DNA of 58,520 bases from Chrysochromulina tobinii (lineage: Eukaryota), in assembly GCA_001275005.1 (NCBI GenBank), contig JWZX01003100.1:1-58520 (forward strand), written 5' to 3'. The notes under the pieces were generated by a model. The model was not told the origin of the DNA. It did not search any database and worked only from the letters and a program-made list of their open reading frames with translations. Shown here piece by piece: positions 10,296 to 21,348 of the stretch (its first letter is position 1; each line of letters opens with the position of its first letter). Position numbers and translations under genes: made by a program.

Positions 10296-11471
10296 ATGTT
10301 CCCTTTCATCTTACACGCTCTTGCGTACAATAATGGAATGGCACGAAAGCCGCCACTCGGATGGCAGACGTGGTGCAGTGCCGGCGTCTGTGGCACCGAC
10401 CATTGCTTCGACTACCAAATCAAGGACACAGCCAAAGCTATGGTGGACAACGGCATGCACGCTCTTGGCTACGAGTGGATCCTGCTTGATGACTGTTGGC
10501 ACCCATCGCGTGACGTGGACGGCAGGCTCGTGCCGCACAAGGAATTCTTCCCCGACGGCATGGTGCCTGTCATCGACTACGTGCACTCTCTCGGCCTCAA
10601 GTTCGGCCTCTACACATCAGTTGGAGACAAAACGTGTCACGGCGGCTGGAGCCCAGGTTCATACGGCTACTACGATCAGGACGCCCAGCTGTTCGCCTCT
10701 TGGGGTGTCGACTATGTCAAGATCGATTACTGCGGCGACCACGATAGTGCCGAGGGCCACGCCAACTTTTCTCGCGCGCTCAACCAGACTGGTCGTCCTA
10801 TTCTACTTGAGCTGTGCCGTGGGCCATACGCGAGCCAACCCGGGTGGGGCTACGCTCCTGCGATCGCCCAGGTCTGGCGCGCGACTGGTGACCACAAAGA
10901 TGCATTCGACAGTACTCTCGCGCAAGTGAAGGCGCTCAGCGATCACAGCGTAGCTGGAAGCTATTCGAAGCCTTATGGATGGGCGACGGGCGACATGCTC
11001 ATGACCGGCGGAGAGGGATGCAAACTCTATGACGCGCACACGCCGAAGCACTGCCCCAAGCAGAGCGACGCGGAATATCGAACCGAGTTCACTCTGTACT
11101 CGGTGCTCTCAGCACCCCTCATGATCGGCACCGACATTCGCCTGATGACGTCCATCATGAATGAGCTCATCCTCAACCAGGACGCTCTCCGCGTGAACCA
11201 GGACATCGACGCCCTGCCTGGCTCGCTCGTCAACATGTGCGGGCAGGATGCGTACGTACGAAAGCTCTCCGATGGCAAGGTGGCGATTGCCTTGCCCAAC
11301 CTCGGCACTGGCAATGCTACCATGGTCGCCTGTCTACCTGAGGTAGGTATCATGGGCCGAGCGTCCATTCGCGACGTCTGGGCGGTCAAAGATGAGGGCG
11401 TCTTCTCGGGCAACTACAGCGCCATCGTTCAGCCCCACGACACATTGTTCCTGCTGGTTACGCCGCAGTGA
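10296..11471 (+). CDS. Alpha-galactosidase / alpha-N-acetylgalactosaminidase, glycoside hydrolase family 27, secreted
   Basis: NNGMARKPPLGWQTW, LLDDCW, GLKFGLY, WGVDYVKIDYC (nucleophile Asp), WRATGD (acid/base Asp), APLMIGTD, C-terminal beta-sandwich with VQPHDT. Confidence 0.95.
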   Translation: MFPFILHALAYNNGMARKPPLGWQTWCSAGVCGTDHCFDYQIKDTAKAMVDNGMHALGYEWILLDDCWHPSRDVDGRLVPHKEFFPDGMVPVIDYVHSLGLKFGLYTSVGDKTCHGGWSPGSYGYYDQDAQLFASWGVDYVKIDYCGDHDSAEGHANFSRALNQTGRPILLELCRGPYASQPGWGYAPAIAQVWRATGDHKDAFDSTLAQVKALSDHSVAGSYSKPYGWATGDMLMTGGEGCKLYDAHTPKHCPKQSDAEYRTEFTLYSVLSAPLMIGTDIRLMTSIMNELILNQDALRVNQDIDALPGSLVNMCGQDAYVRKLSDGKVAIALPNLGTGNATMVACLPEVGIMGRASIRDVWAVKDEGVFSGNYSAIVQPHDTLFLLVTPQ

Positions 11472-12436
11472 ATGCCACGGTTTCGTCCATTTCGGGTACG
11501 AGGTCAAACTCTTGAGCTTTGAGGGCGCTTCTGCCTGAGACGTCTTCGGTGACCCCTGGCTTGTCGCGGCCGCTGTGTGTCGCAACGCTACAGCTGTTTC
11601 GGGTATCGCTAACGTAGCCGGTGTGGAATCCCTGCACCGTATGTATATACGATACTCGTACTGACTATACTCGCGTAGCGCGCTCTATTCGTCGGCGAAT
11701 ACGAATTCGCGTCCGGTCGCGCCAACGCGCGCGCATGCCAGTTGCCACCGCAGCACCAGCACCGCGCACGAAATGACAAGTAATCGTCGAATCCGGTCCG
11801 GCCGGGCCGCGCCGTGCGACATTTTGGATCGTGCCCTGCATCGTCACCACACGGTATAGAGGACCGGGGGCGGGCGAGCGCCGCGGGTCGCGCACCGCGC
11901 CGGGCGACGAGCCACGAGCGGGCGTCCGAACCCCAACCCTAACGCCGCGAACCGGAGGACTAACGGACTAACGCGCTAACGCGTAACGGGCCGTAAAAAC
12001 GGGGGACCCGCGTCGACCGACGCCCCCGGCCCCCGCGCCGTACGCCGCGCTAACCCCGCGCCAGCCCAGGCGCATGAGCCCGAGCCACTAGCCACCTAGC
12101 CGCGGGGTTAGCCGTTACGCCCGTTAACGGTTAGCCGTTCCTTACGGGCCGTTGGTTAGCCGTTTTAAGGTTTTTCAAGGGTCATGCCCCATGCGGGACG
12201 AGGAACCCACGCCCCGATCGACGCGAGCACATGGTTTCGTCAACATCCACCGCGACGGTCGATCTCCTCGCTCTCGCGCGGAGACGACGTCGACTGTGCC
12301 CCGATTCAAGCCATGACTCACCCTGGTGCGGACCACCACGCCACACGGACGCTCACTGACGGGTCCCCTTACCCTATGACGCTATACACGCCCGGACGCC
12401 GTCGCCGAGCCCGACCTCGCGCTTACTCGACCGCCT

Positions 12437-14113
12437 CTAAGCATCGGCATCTACTTCGTCCCACACCTCGCAGTACTCGGGCCGACCGAGGGCAAACTCG
12501 GCTTGCATGCGCTGCGGCGCACCGGTCGGCTGCAGCAGCACATTACGGCCGCCGGCGCCAAAGCGCGGCCATTCGGCATCTGCCGCCTCCTGGACCTCGC
12601 CCCTCTCGATCCCCTCACGTACGCCTGGGTCGCCGGAGGCGGCAAAGGACGTCCACAACCGGCCCACCGCCCTGGCAAACGCGGCCTCTGTCGCGTTAAA
12701 GTGGCAGTCGAGGCATGAGCGATCGAAGCCTGACCAGCCTGGCACGGAGCAGTTGGTATACCCGATATTCATGAAGATGGGCTGCCCAAACACAAAGGAG
12801 ACTTCGTCCTGATGCACACTGCCCCAAGACGGGTCATGCCAGTTGGAGGCGGCTGTGCACACCCTGTTCGACTGGAAGAAGTAATTGTACCGGTAGAGGT
12901 GCACCTGGCCTTTGGTGGGCGGTGCGGCGGCAAACGCGGCGGCGGTGCGGCGCAGCCCGCAGAGCATCCTATCAGACGACCACCAGCCCATCAGGTCCAC
13001 GTGGTCGTCAGTGCGGTTATCGCGTGGCGGGTACAGCGCAAGCAGCGCTCTCGCGAGCGTGACGTTGCCTCGCGCGGCCGCGAGGAGCGCCGCCTCGTAC
13101 TCCGTGCGGCCGATGGGCCCGGTATTCATGATGAAAAGGTACGAGTCGTTCGTGTTCGCGCCGAGCGCGACGGCCAGGGGGTTGACTTGGCCCGCCTTCG
13201 CCAAAACGAGAGGGTCGTCCGGCAGCAGCGCGCCGTCTACCGTAGGCGACCACGAGGTGGCGGCATTGCATGCGTTGGGTGTGATGCACGTGACCCCCTG
13301 CGCGTACACGAGCTCGTCGCCTGTAGCTGCGACCAAGCACGCTCGCGTGCTCTTGAAGCCCTTTTGCGTGCAATTGAGCCGCTCGGCGAGCGTTTCCGTG
13401 ACGCCGAGGCTCTTGTCGAGCGGGCGAGCCCCCAGGTCCCCTGACTGGGAGATGACGCCCTCGAGGAGCCCGGACGAGCTGGGCAGCACGGTGTGCAGCA
13501 GCACGAGGCCGCCGCCGCTCGACTGGCCGAAGAGGGTCAGACGCTTCGGGTCGCCACCGAAGTCCGCCACGTGCTGTCGCAGGAAACGGAGCGCGGCCTG
13601 GATGTCTGTGAGTGCAAAATTGCCGGTGGGCTCGCCGGCCAGGGCCTGCTCCTTGAGCGCCACGAATCCGAAGGGGCCTACGCGGTAGTTGATCGAGCAG
13701 ATGACGGCGTGCTGGTCGGACGCCATGATGCTCGCATTGTACGGCTCTGCTTCACCGAAGTCGTTGGTGCCTCCTGGGACGAAGAGCAAAACGGGCAGGT
13801 TGGCGCCGGGTCCGACGCCTGCGGGACGCCAGATGTTGAGCACGTGGCACGAGTACTCGCTGCCATACGTTGTCACATTGGTAAGCGTCTGAAGGCACGC
13901 TGGGCCGAAGTAAGTCGCATCAAGGGGGTTCTGGTCGAAGCCCTTTGAGCGCGGCACGGCCGGCTCAAAGCGCTCGGCGGTGCCGTAGGGAATGCCGAGG
14001 AACTCTTGGAAGGTCGGGAACCCGTTGCCGCGCACGGTGCCCAGGGCCGTGCGTACGTCGACTTTCTGCGAGACCGTGGTCATGACCACCACGGTGCTGA
14101 TTGACCACAGCAT
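12437..14113 (-). CDS. Carboxylesterase type B (cholinesterase-like alpha/beta hydrolase), secreted
   Basis: FLGIPYG, LNIWRP, INYRVGPFGF, GNFALTD, FGGDPKRLTLFGQSSGG (catalytic Ser), HQDEVSFVFG (catalytic His). First ATG at 14113. Confidence 0.93.
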   Translation of the reverse strand: MLWSISTVVVMTTVSQKVDVRTALGTVRGNGFPTFQEFLGIPYGTAERFEPAVPRSKGFDQNPLDATYFGPACLQTLTNVTTYGSEYSCHVLNIWRPAGVGPGANLPVLLFVPGGTNDFGEAEPYNASIMASDQHAVICSINYRVGPFGFVALKEQALAGEPTGNFALTDIQAALRFLRQHVADFGGDPKRLTLFGQSSGGGLVLLHTVLPSSSGLLEGVISQSGDLGARPLDKSLGVTETLAERLNCTQKGFKSTRACLVAATGDELVYAQGVTCITPNACNAATSWSPTVDGALLPDDPLVLAKAGQVNPLAVALGANTNDSYLFIMNTGPIGRTEYEAALLAAARGNVTLARALLALYPPRDNRTDDHVDLMGWWSSDRMLCGLRRTAAAFAAAPPTKGQVHLYRYNYFFQSNRVCTAASNWHDPSWGSVHQDEVSFVFGQPIFMNIGYTNCSVPGWSGFDRSCLDCHFNATEAAFARAVGRLWTSFAASGDPGVREGIERGEVQEAADAEWPRFGAGGRNVLLQPTGAPQRMQAEFALGRPEYCEVWDEVDADA

Positions 14114-14122
14114 GACCAGCGT

Positions 14123-14155
14123 ACACAGGGCGTTCACACAGGGCGTTCACACAGG
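14123..14155. repeat. 13-bp tandem repeat ACACAGGGCGTTC x2.5 just upstream of the esterase ATG
   Basis: Copies at 14123, 14136 and partial at 14149. Confidence 0.85.
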
Positions 14156-14600
14156 AAACACGCCTAAAAATCACGCCTTGCTGAACATCCTGCCTGTGAA
14201 CACCGGAAAATGGCGCAAAGAGGCTGCGGCGGAAGGGCGGCCGCCACAGCCGAGGCGCCGGCGGCTCAGAAGGCAGTGGCCCTTGTTGCTGTGAGGTCGT
14301 GTTCTCCTACCCAAGCGCACGAGCCAGCGCATGAGCGGCACAGGTACTTCAATCGCCGACAGCAGATCGAGAGCAGGGTGCGAACGTGCGGTGCAGCTTG
14401 TCGAGGAGGAACGCGACGATGGATGCCGGCGAGTGGCGTGCCGGGCCGCGAGCGCTTTGGCGCGGCACCGGGCACATGTAGCTGCGTCACGGCGCGGAGC
14501 GCACACGCACTGCACAGTGGTCGGTGCCGACACGACATTTTTCGATTGTTTCCACGCGAAGTATTAAGTCAATCGCGTATAATGTAAACCCCTATAACCC

Positions 14601-15008
14601 CTATCTGTTCACTAGTGGCAAATGCACGCTGTCGAGCAGCCTGTCAAGGTAGTGCTCACGCATTGTGCAGCCCTCGCACTTGACTCCACGGTCGCTCAAA
14701 CTCTTCTTGAGCGCCTTGGGCCCCATCTCAAGGCATGCTGCGTGGACGCGCGATATCCAGTGCCCTCGCGTCGCGCAGGTCTCGCAGCTTGCGCCGAGCC
14801 CGGTCACAATCTCCGTCAATGCTGACACCGGAAGCTCAGACAAACTCACCTTGCGCACATCCTCGGGCGGCACGAAGTCCACGTGTTGGTCCTCAGCCAC
14901 GCGTGGCCGGCTGGCGCCATTCGCAGATGTCTCCCACTTGATCTCGAGATTACCAAACTGAGCTCCCGCCGCGCAAAGCATGAAAGTGCAGCATGCGAGC
15001 CTCAACAT
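14601..15008 (-). CDS. Small secreted/ER protein with two ARMET/MANF C-terminal-like (SAP-like CxxC) modules
   Basis: Signal-like N-terminus. LTEIVTGLGASCETC...HWISRV and LKKSLSDRGVKCEGCTMREHYLDRL resemble the LKxxLxxxGxxCxGCxEKxxxV pattern. Confidence 0.65.
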   Translation of the reverse strand: MLRLACCTFMLCAAGAQFGNLEIKWETSANGASRPRVAEDQHVDFVPPEDVRKVSLSELPVSALTEIVTGLGASCETCATRGHWISRVHAACLEMGPKALKKSLSDRGVKCEGCTMREHYLDRLLDSVHLPLVNR

Positions 15009-15646
15009 TCGCAAGTTTAGTCAAGTTTAGTTCTCCATGTTTCATGATCAACTTCCAGTCCGTTACAAGTTACATTCAAGGGTCAGAATTGTAGCGGTCC
15101 CCCCCAGCGCTCAGCACACCAACTTCTCTAAGGACGGCCGCCGGTGCCGCCCGGGGGCAACACAAGTTTTGAGTATACTGCACTAGCCACTACAATTGTT
15201 CTCGCTCTTGAGGCCAAGTCGCAAGTGGCCAGCTCAATTATGCGAGTGACACACCACAGACGAGAGAGGTCCGAGCTCCGAGGTGCACTGCCACAGATCA
15301 GTCTCGCTCCCAGCGCGGCAGCAAGGGGAACGGGGCTTGTCCCTGGGCCTTGTCCATGCATGAACTAGCATGTGTCCCTGCCGCTCGCAGCCCGACGCGC
15401 ATGCGGCCATGCGGGGATGCCCGCCGCCCCGCGGCTCGCCCGCCAGCCGCCACCTGCGCCCTGCGCGGCGCGCGCGCGCGCGTGCGGGCCGCGCGGCGCG
15501 CGGCCAACTGCGCGGATACGATGCGGATCCCCGGGGAAATCGCCCCCAAACTCCGAAAAAGAATTACGGTACCGCGGTACCGTTGTATATTGCAGAAATT
15601 TGCAGTGATGTACAGACTAAGGCTCGCCCGCCCGGTGTCTCTAAGT

Positions 15647-17344
15647 CTAACCCACGCCGGCATGATCGCCATCACCGCCCACCTTCGCCAACGCCCACAC
15701 ACTGTCCGACGCTGCGATCTTGCCACTCGAAACGTACGCCGAGTGGTTGACCTCGATGCTCTCTGGCTCGTAGAGGTAATTCACCATCATCGAGCATGAT
15801 TCGCGGACGCCACGGGCCGACGAGTTCGCGCCCCAGTGGATCGATACGAGCGTCGCTCCGTTGCGCAGGTGGAATGCTGCCACCGGATCGAGGGCGCGCT
15901 GGCGGTGCGTCGCCAGGCAGAGATAGCGAGCGCACAGGCAGAGCAGAGCACGGCGCACTGCCACCAGCGCCAACGATGCTGCGTCGCCCTCACAGTCCTC
16001 GTGTACAGGGCCCACTGCCTCAAAGGGGTCGCTCGATACCAGCCCGGCGGCACGAAGCGCCTCGAGCAGCGCGTTGAGGGCCACCGCCTCGTCCGCCGCC
16101 ACCTCGTCCGCGAGCGTCGATGCGCCGTCGTGGGTGCGCCTACCAGCCGCGCCGTCTTGGGCGGCCACGTGGCGCGCGAGCCGCGCCTCGAGCCAGCTGC
16201 GGAAACCGGGCACGGGCGAGAGCGTCACGAATGTGTCGAGTGCGGGCTCCGAGGCAGCGAGCGACGAGAGAACGTGCTTGATGAGAAGCCCACCGATTGG
16301 CACGCCTCGCAGCCCCATGTGAGGGGACGAGATGGTGTAGAAGCACGCGACACGAGGCGTTAAGCCCACCTGTGGGGAAGGGACACGGCGCCGTGGTGAG
16401 CACTTGCATGCTGGGCGTTCGTCGACACGAGGCGTTAAGCCCACCTCGGTCGCGCCGGCTTCGGCTGGTGAGCCTCGGGCGGTCCGTGGACTCAGCGGCA
16501 GTCCACGAGGCAAGACGTCGCGCAGGCGTGTGGGTACATGGGAGACGAGGGCCACCTGCACAAAGACCAGGGGCTCGCCAGGTAGCCGCGGGTGCAGGAA
16601 GGCAAACAGCCGCCGGTGCGGCCCGTCGAGGCGCGTGCGCAGGTCGTCCCAACCGGAAAACGGATGCACGCGCTCGTACGCCATGATCCTCTCGAGCAGG
16701 GCCGCGGGCGTATGTTCCCACGTGAGACGCTCGAGACGCAGCAAACCCATGTCGAACCATATGCTCAGCTGGCGACGTAGCGAAGCGTCCAGCTCGCGCC
16801 ACCGCTCGCGCTCGCCGTCTTCCTCCATGACTGGCACCGAAGCGGCGCCGCCGACTGAAGGCGGCGGCGCCGTTCCTGGCACAGCGGCCACTGCCACGTC
16901 GGCCGGGCTGCGATTTTCAGCCATCGCTGCGAGGAGATCGGCACGCAGCGAGACAAGGAAGCGCAGGCCGTCGGGCTGTTGCGCGAGCCTCTCGATGATG
17001 CGCTCGTGAGCTGGTAGCAGTGCCTCTCGCAGCTCCGACCGCGCCCTAAGAAGCGCCCCCGCCCCACGAGGCTGCTGCTCGTCAAAGCTTGCGAGCACCT
17101 GACAGCATCGACGGACCGCCTCCACGTCGGCGTCCTGACGAGAGAGGATGGAGAGAAACGCGAGGCGGCCTGGCTGCTTGAGTTCCTCGTAGGCCGATGT
17201 GAGCGACGCACACAAGCGCGCCGGCAAGACCTGATCGCCTCGTGGAGCGCGCGCAATTTCGTGCAGAAGGTCACGGAGCCGGCGTTCATCGCGCGGCGGC
17301 ATGCGCCCAGCGGCCCGGAGGAGGGAGCGCAGGCGCATCGCCAT
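15647..17344 (-). CDS. MLYCD: Malonyl-CoA decarboxylase; exons 17344-16445 and 16369-15647
   Basis: GLRFLVSLRADLL, LSIWFDMGLLRLERLTWEHTPAALLERIMAYERVHP, EPLVFVQVAL, FYTISS, LIKHV, FVTLSPVPGF, DPVAAFHLRNGA, MMVNYLY. Arg-rich N-terminus may be a mitochondrial presequence. Confidence 0.93.
   Translation of the reverse strand: MAMRLRSLLRAAGRMPPRDERRLRDLLHEIARAPRGDQVLPARLCASLTSAYEELKQPGRLAFLSILSRQDADVEAVRRCCQVLASFDEQQPRGAGALLRARSELREALLPAHERIIERLAQQPDGLRFLVSLRADLLAAMAENRSPADVAVAAVPGTAPPPSVGGAASVPVMEEDGERERWRELDASLRRQLSIWFDMGLLRLERLTWEHTPAALLERIMAYERVHPFSGWDDLRTRLDGPHRRLFAFLHPRLPGEPLVFVQVALVSHVPTRLRDVLPRGLPLSPRTARGSPAEAGATEVGLTPRVDERPACKCSPRRRVPSPQVGLTPRVACFYTISSPHMGLRGVPIGGLLIKHVLSSLAASEPALDTFVTLSPVPGFRSWLEARLARHVAAQDGAAGRRTHDGASTLADEVAADEAVALNALLEALRAAGLVSSDPFEAVGPVHEDCEGDAASLALVAVRRALLCLCARYLCLATHRQRALDPVAAFHLRNGATLVSIHWGANSSARGVRESCSMMVNYLYEPESIEVNHSAYVSSGKIAASDSVWALAKVGGDGDHAGVG
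16370..16444 (-). other. Putative 75-nt in-frame GT-AG intron bounded by a 24-bp direct repeat
   Basis: AG|GTGGGCTTAACGCCTCGTGTCG occurs at both junctions (+ strand copies 16348-16371 and 16423-16446). 3' end reads TCCCTTCCCCACAG. Removal deletes the duplicated peptide VGLTPRV. Confidence 0.8.
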
Positions 17345-17427
17345 GCGACGCCCCCACCAGGTCGGGTGCGGCCGGGTGGTCGGCGTTGGAACACGAAAAA
17401 AACGCCGAAACTTGCCGAAATCAGTTC

Positions 17428-17510
17428 GTCCACCGATCACGTTCACGTTCACGTTTATTTGCCATCTCTGTCCACCGATCACGTTCACGTTCACGTTAAT
17501 TTGCCATCTC
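17428..17510. repeat. 42-bp-period tandem duplication with internal (CACGTT)n upstream of MLYCD
   Basis: GTCCACCGATCACGTTCACGTTCACGTT(T/A)ATTTGCCATCTC at 17428 and 17470. GTCCACCGATCA recurs at 17570. Confidence 0.9.
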
Positions 17511-18108
17511 GGCAAGACGCACAGCCACAGGTCCCGTGGAGACCCATCGTGGGGGGCGCAAAGAAAAAGGTCCACCGATCAGCCTCACGCGGTCCTCCCA
17601 CGGACCTTCCATACACACCACCACCGTGCGACTCGGGGGGGTGCGACTATCTCGGCATATAGCCATCGTTCGCTCGCGGAGCACGCACAAACATTCTTCG
17701 CGCCGCAGCCCGCACCCGCCATGCCCATGGAGCTTCAAGCTCACCGTAGACATGTCGCAGCTTCTAAACCGGCCCCGTGCGGTACCCGCCATGGTGTTAA
17801 GCGTGTGTGACTGTGTGTTATATCAATATTTCTTAGTGTCAAGTGTCACATCGGTGCCAGCTCACATAACGCACACAAGCGCGGGGACGAGAACGGCGAG
17901 GCAGCGCGCGGTGTCGGCGCAGTCCCGGTCGACGGGTCGGAGTGCCGCTCTGTGCTGGGGCGTAGCGCTTACGATGACGTGTGTGATTTCTAACACACGC
18001 AACGGCACAAACCAGACAAACGGCCCCCGGAGAGGGCCCGAACTACAGGCGAAGCCGAGTTTCCCGGGACATCGTCGCTGCGTCGGCTCCGACAGCTCCG
18101 AGTCCCGC

Positions 18109-19936
18109 TCATCGGGTCGCCGTCTCTTCCTCCAGGAAGTCGGAAAGGACCCGAGTCAAGGCCTTCGCCTGCTCGAGCGCCGCGTTCTTGAGTCGGCAAG
18201 CGTCCTGATAGAGTAACGCGTCGCGCTTCTTGCGCACAGCACTGGCGCCCAATATCGCCTTCAGCGCCGGACGGAGCTCGAGCTTCGCCGTCTTGTTGCT
18301 CGAGGCCACGCCCTCGGGGAGCAGCATGTCGAACTGCGCATAGATGTCCTCCTCGGTCAGGTTGAAAGCGAGCAGTGATGTCTTGGACACGAGGCTCTCT
18401 TCTTCCGAACTTAAGCGCGCTCCAGCAGCGGTTGCTAACTTTTTCGCTCCTTTGAGGCCCTCGTAGAGCGAGAGCATGCACTGCTTGAAAAACTCCTCCC
18501 TGTCGATCCAACCTTCCTCCGTCTTGCCCCTTTTCCACTCCTTGTACAGGTCCTCGAACTCCACGTCACCCACGCGACCCTCGTTTGACTCCGACTTGAA
18601 CTTCCAGCTGAGCTTCTCGTCCAACTTGGCATCCGCTGCGGGAAGCGCGCGGAAGTTGTTCAGCTGGCGGATCGCCTCGTGCGCCGCCTCGTGCGCGGTG
18701 CGCATGATCGGCACGACGCCCTCGAGAACGCCTAATTTGAGCGTGAGCGATTCCATCAGCGCGCTCATCTCCTGCCGCGTTGCATTTTCAGACTCCGACC
18801 TCTCCTGCAGCAGCTTGAGCGCGGCCTTGAGCTCGGCCTCGTCTAAAGTACCGCCGCCGTCGGCGTCCATTTTCTCAAACCACTCATCGAGGGGCCTTGT
18901 TGTCAAATTTGAGGCCTAGGCCCTCGCGCACACCCGTCCGGAACTCAATCTTACTGATCTCCCCCTTCGTCTTTCGGGCCCACTCGCGCACCAGGTCTTT
19001 CACATTGATCCCACGCTGCTGCAGCGTGTCTCCCAGCGCGCGATCTAGAAAGTGCTTCGGTAAGACGGCGCCGCTCGTGATGTCCGCTACGCCCCTCTTG
19101 GCGTTCATTTGCTTTTGCTGCGCTTCCCTGACTTTGCGCCCGATGGTGGTCGCCGCCCGGTTCTTGTGTACGCCCCTGATCATCTTGGCGAACTCTTCGA
19201 AGTCAATCTCGCCGCTCGCGTCATCGTCGGTTGCACGCATCATGGCGTCGATTTCCTCGCTGGTCAGCAACTTGCCGGCACCCGTGAGGGCGACTTGCAG
19301 CTCGTTCTTATCGATCGTACCACCATGGTCTAGGTCGATCTTGTCAAAAATATCTCGAAGCTTGTCTTCGCTCGCCAACGCGGCTGCCAAACTCGAGCCC
19401 ATCCGCAGCAAGCCCTCTTCCGCGGTGGTCCTCCAAAGCTTGATCGCCTTTTCGTTCCCCATCTTTGGTTTGCTGGGCGGCGCCTCCTCGGGTGGCAACT
19501 CCGGTGCGCTCGAAGCGCCCCACCTCCCTGTCTCTCCGAGCTCGCGATGGCGCTTCTGCGCCACGACGAGCTCCTCGCGAAAACGGCTGATGAGCGCCTC
19601 GACGGGGGCCAAGATGTCGGGCAGCGGTGCCAACTCTGCAAGATCCACCGATGATTCCAAGGACACCTCTGCCGGCGGCTTAAAGACGGGCGCTGCTGCC
19701 TTAGCCTTAGGCTTCGCCTTAGCCTTCTTCTCCTCATCTAGCAAATCCAGCTTCTCTGCAGTCGACATGGTCTTCTTCCGCGAAGAGCTGAGCTTCTCCT
19801 GGGCGCCTTGTAAGCCCGTGTTCGGCGTCTCCGGCCGGTCTGTCTTCTTACGAAAAGACTGATTTCCTGGACGAGAAGACTGATCACCGGAGACTTGCGA
19901 GCCCTTCGCCCCAATCGGCTGCCTCTTGGGCGCCAT
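18109..19936 (-). CDS. Multi-EF-hand calcium-binding protein; one gene with an apparent +1 frameshift at the G4 run 18891-18894
   Basis: EF loops DLDHGGTIDKNE, DDDASGEIDFEE and DADGGGTLDEAE. Removing one base joins ...KFDNKA to LDEWFEKMDADGGG. Confidence 0.8.
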
Positions 19937-21348
19937 TGCCCGCCCGCCCTTCACCAAATGGAATCGGCTACAAAGCGGAGACACGCCCAAAGCGCAAATT
20001 GGAAGTGCGAGGCACAAACACCCACACGAGGTCTCGCGTCGCGGAAACTTTGACAGATATATGAAACGACCATGGAAAAACGACACACGCATCCAAAGTA
20101 TCCATTCTCCCTATGGCACGAGAAATGCTCCCGTGCCCAATGGAGACGCGAGCGACGGCCAGCACCGCCAGCCGCGTACATTCATATCCCGCGCATCAGC
20201 GCGCAGACAGAAAGACAGGGCGCGGAGAGCAACAGTTCAACAGAGGAGGTCTGATCCATTTCCATGTGTGGGCAATTACTGAATTGTGTGTGGGCTTAGG
20301 ATCTTGAGCCCCTCCTCATGTTTACACCATCGTAGCTCTCCAGCATGCGTATGGCTGCGAGACTGAAGGCTCAGTGCGAGTGTCTAGGTACTGTGTGTAT
20401 TATGTGTGTAGTGACGTGCATGTGGCAGTTTCTAATTTAACGCGGACTTCATGAAATGGACTTGGACACGCAGGACGCAGCACAAGATTTGGCTCATGCT
20501 TTTAATCTTGGCTCGGGCTCATCTTTCGGAAATGAATTTCCCAGAGACGCCGCTCCGATGTGCGACCGGACCGACCTGGGGCTGTTCCAATGGTCTGTTC
20601 GTGCAAGTTGATAAGGGGTCCAGTGGGTGTCCCCGAGCTATAGTGGTAACCGCATCCGTATGTACGCCGGTCCGGTGTCTTGGGTGTCGATTTATAAACC
20701 TTAGAAAAATGCCAAGAAAGAAAGAAGAAAAAAGGGCTCACACGCGAGTCATGAAGACGCAGTTGAAAGTTAGATGAAAGAGGAACACGATTACGGTTGC
20801 GTGTGGTTTGTTGAGTACCCTCGTCGGGAATCCTGTCGCTTCTGGTGAACGTATTACACCGCAGCTTCTCTCATCGATTAAGTCCGTCTGTCTGTCTGTG
20901 AGGCGTCACGCTCGTGAACTCGCGTGGTGATCTCCGAATCACCCAGCTCCTCGGCTTCGGAGCCATCGGAGGACGGAACGGCGCTATGTGAGAAATTTGA
21001 TTGCTCCGCAAAGCTGTAGCTGAAGGAGGAGCCAGCAAGCCCGACGTCAAACGTGAGATCCCCGTCGGAGTTCTTGAACGGCACCTCAACGTCGGGCGCC
21101 GCCCATCGACGGCGCGCGCGCTGCGCTCCGGCGAAGGGAAGAAGCAAGGCGGCCGAAGCACGTTCCTGCACCAAGACAAGATGCAAGAACGCCGGCCCCC
21201 CGCGAACGCCGAAACAATCATTCAAACAGGCGCGAAAAAGCAGAATCGAAAAAAGGGGAAATCTGGGCGGCGACTGTCGAACCAAAACCATTCACCGTTG
21301 GCTGTCGTGTGAATGAATCCGCGGAAGGGCGAGTCCCCCGCCCGCCCA

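Noticed and set aside
11929..11943. AACCCCAACCCTAAC as an interstitial telomere repeat
   Set aside because: Only one exact CCCTAA unit.
17345..17575. N-terminal extension of the MLYCD ORF (GGQRWQINVNVNVIGG)
   Set aside because: It is the translation of the non-coding 42-bp tandem repeat from a non-ATG start; ATG 17344 is more plausible.
20300..21300. Short minus-strand ORFs (20878-21291, 20502-20741) in lower-GC DNA
   Set aside because: No recognisable motif or confident splice model. It may be a relic, but I cannot support a call.
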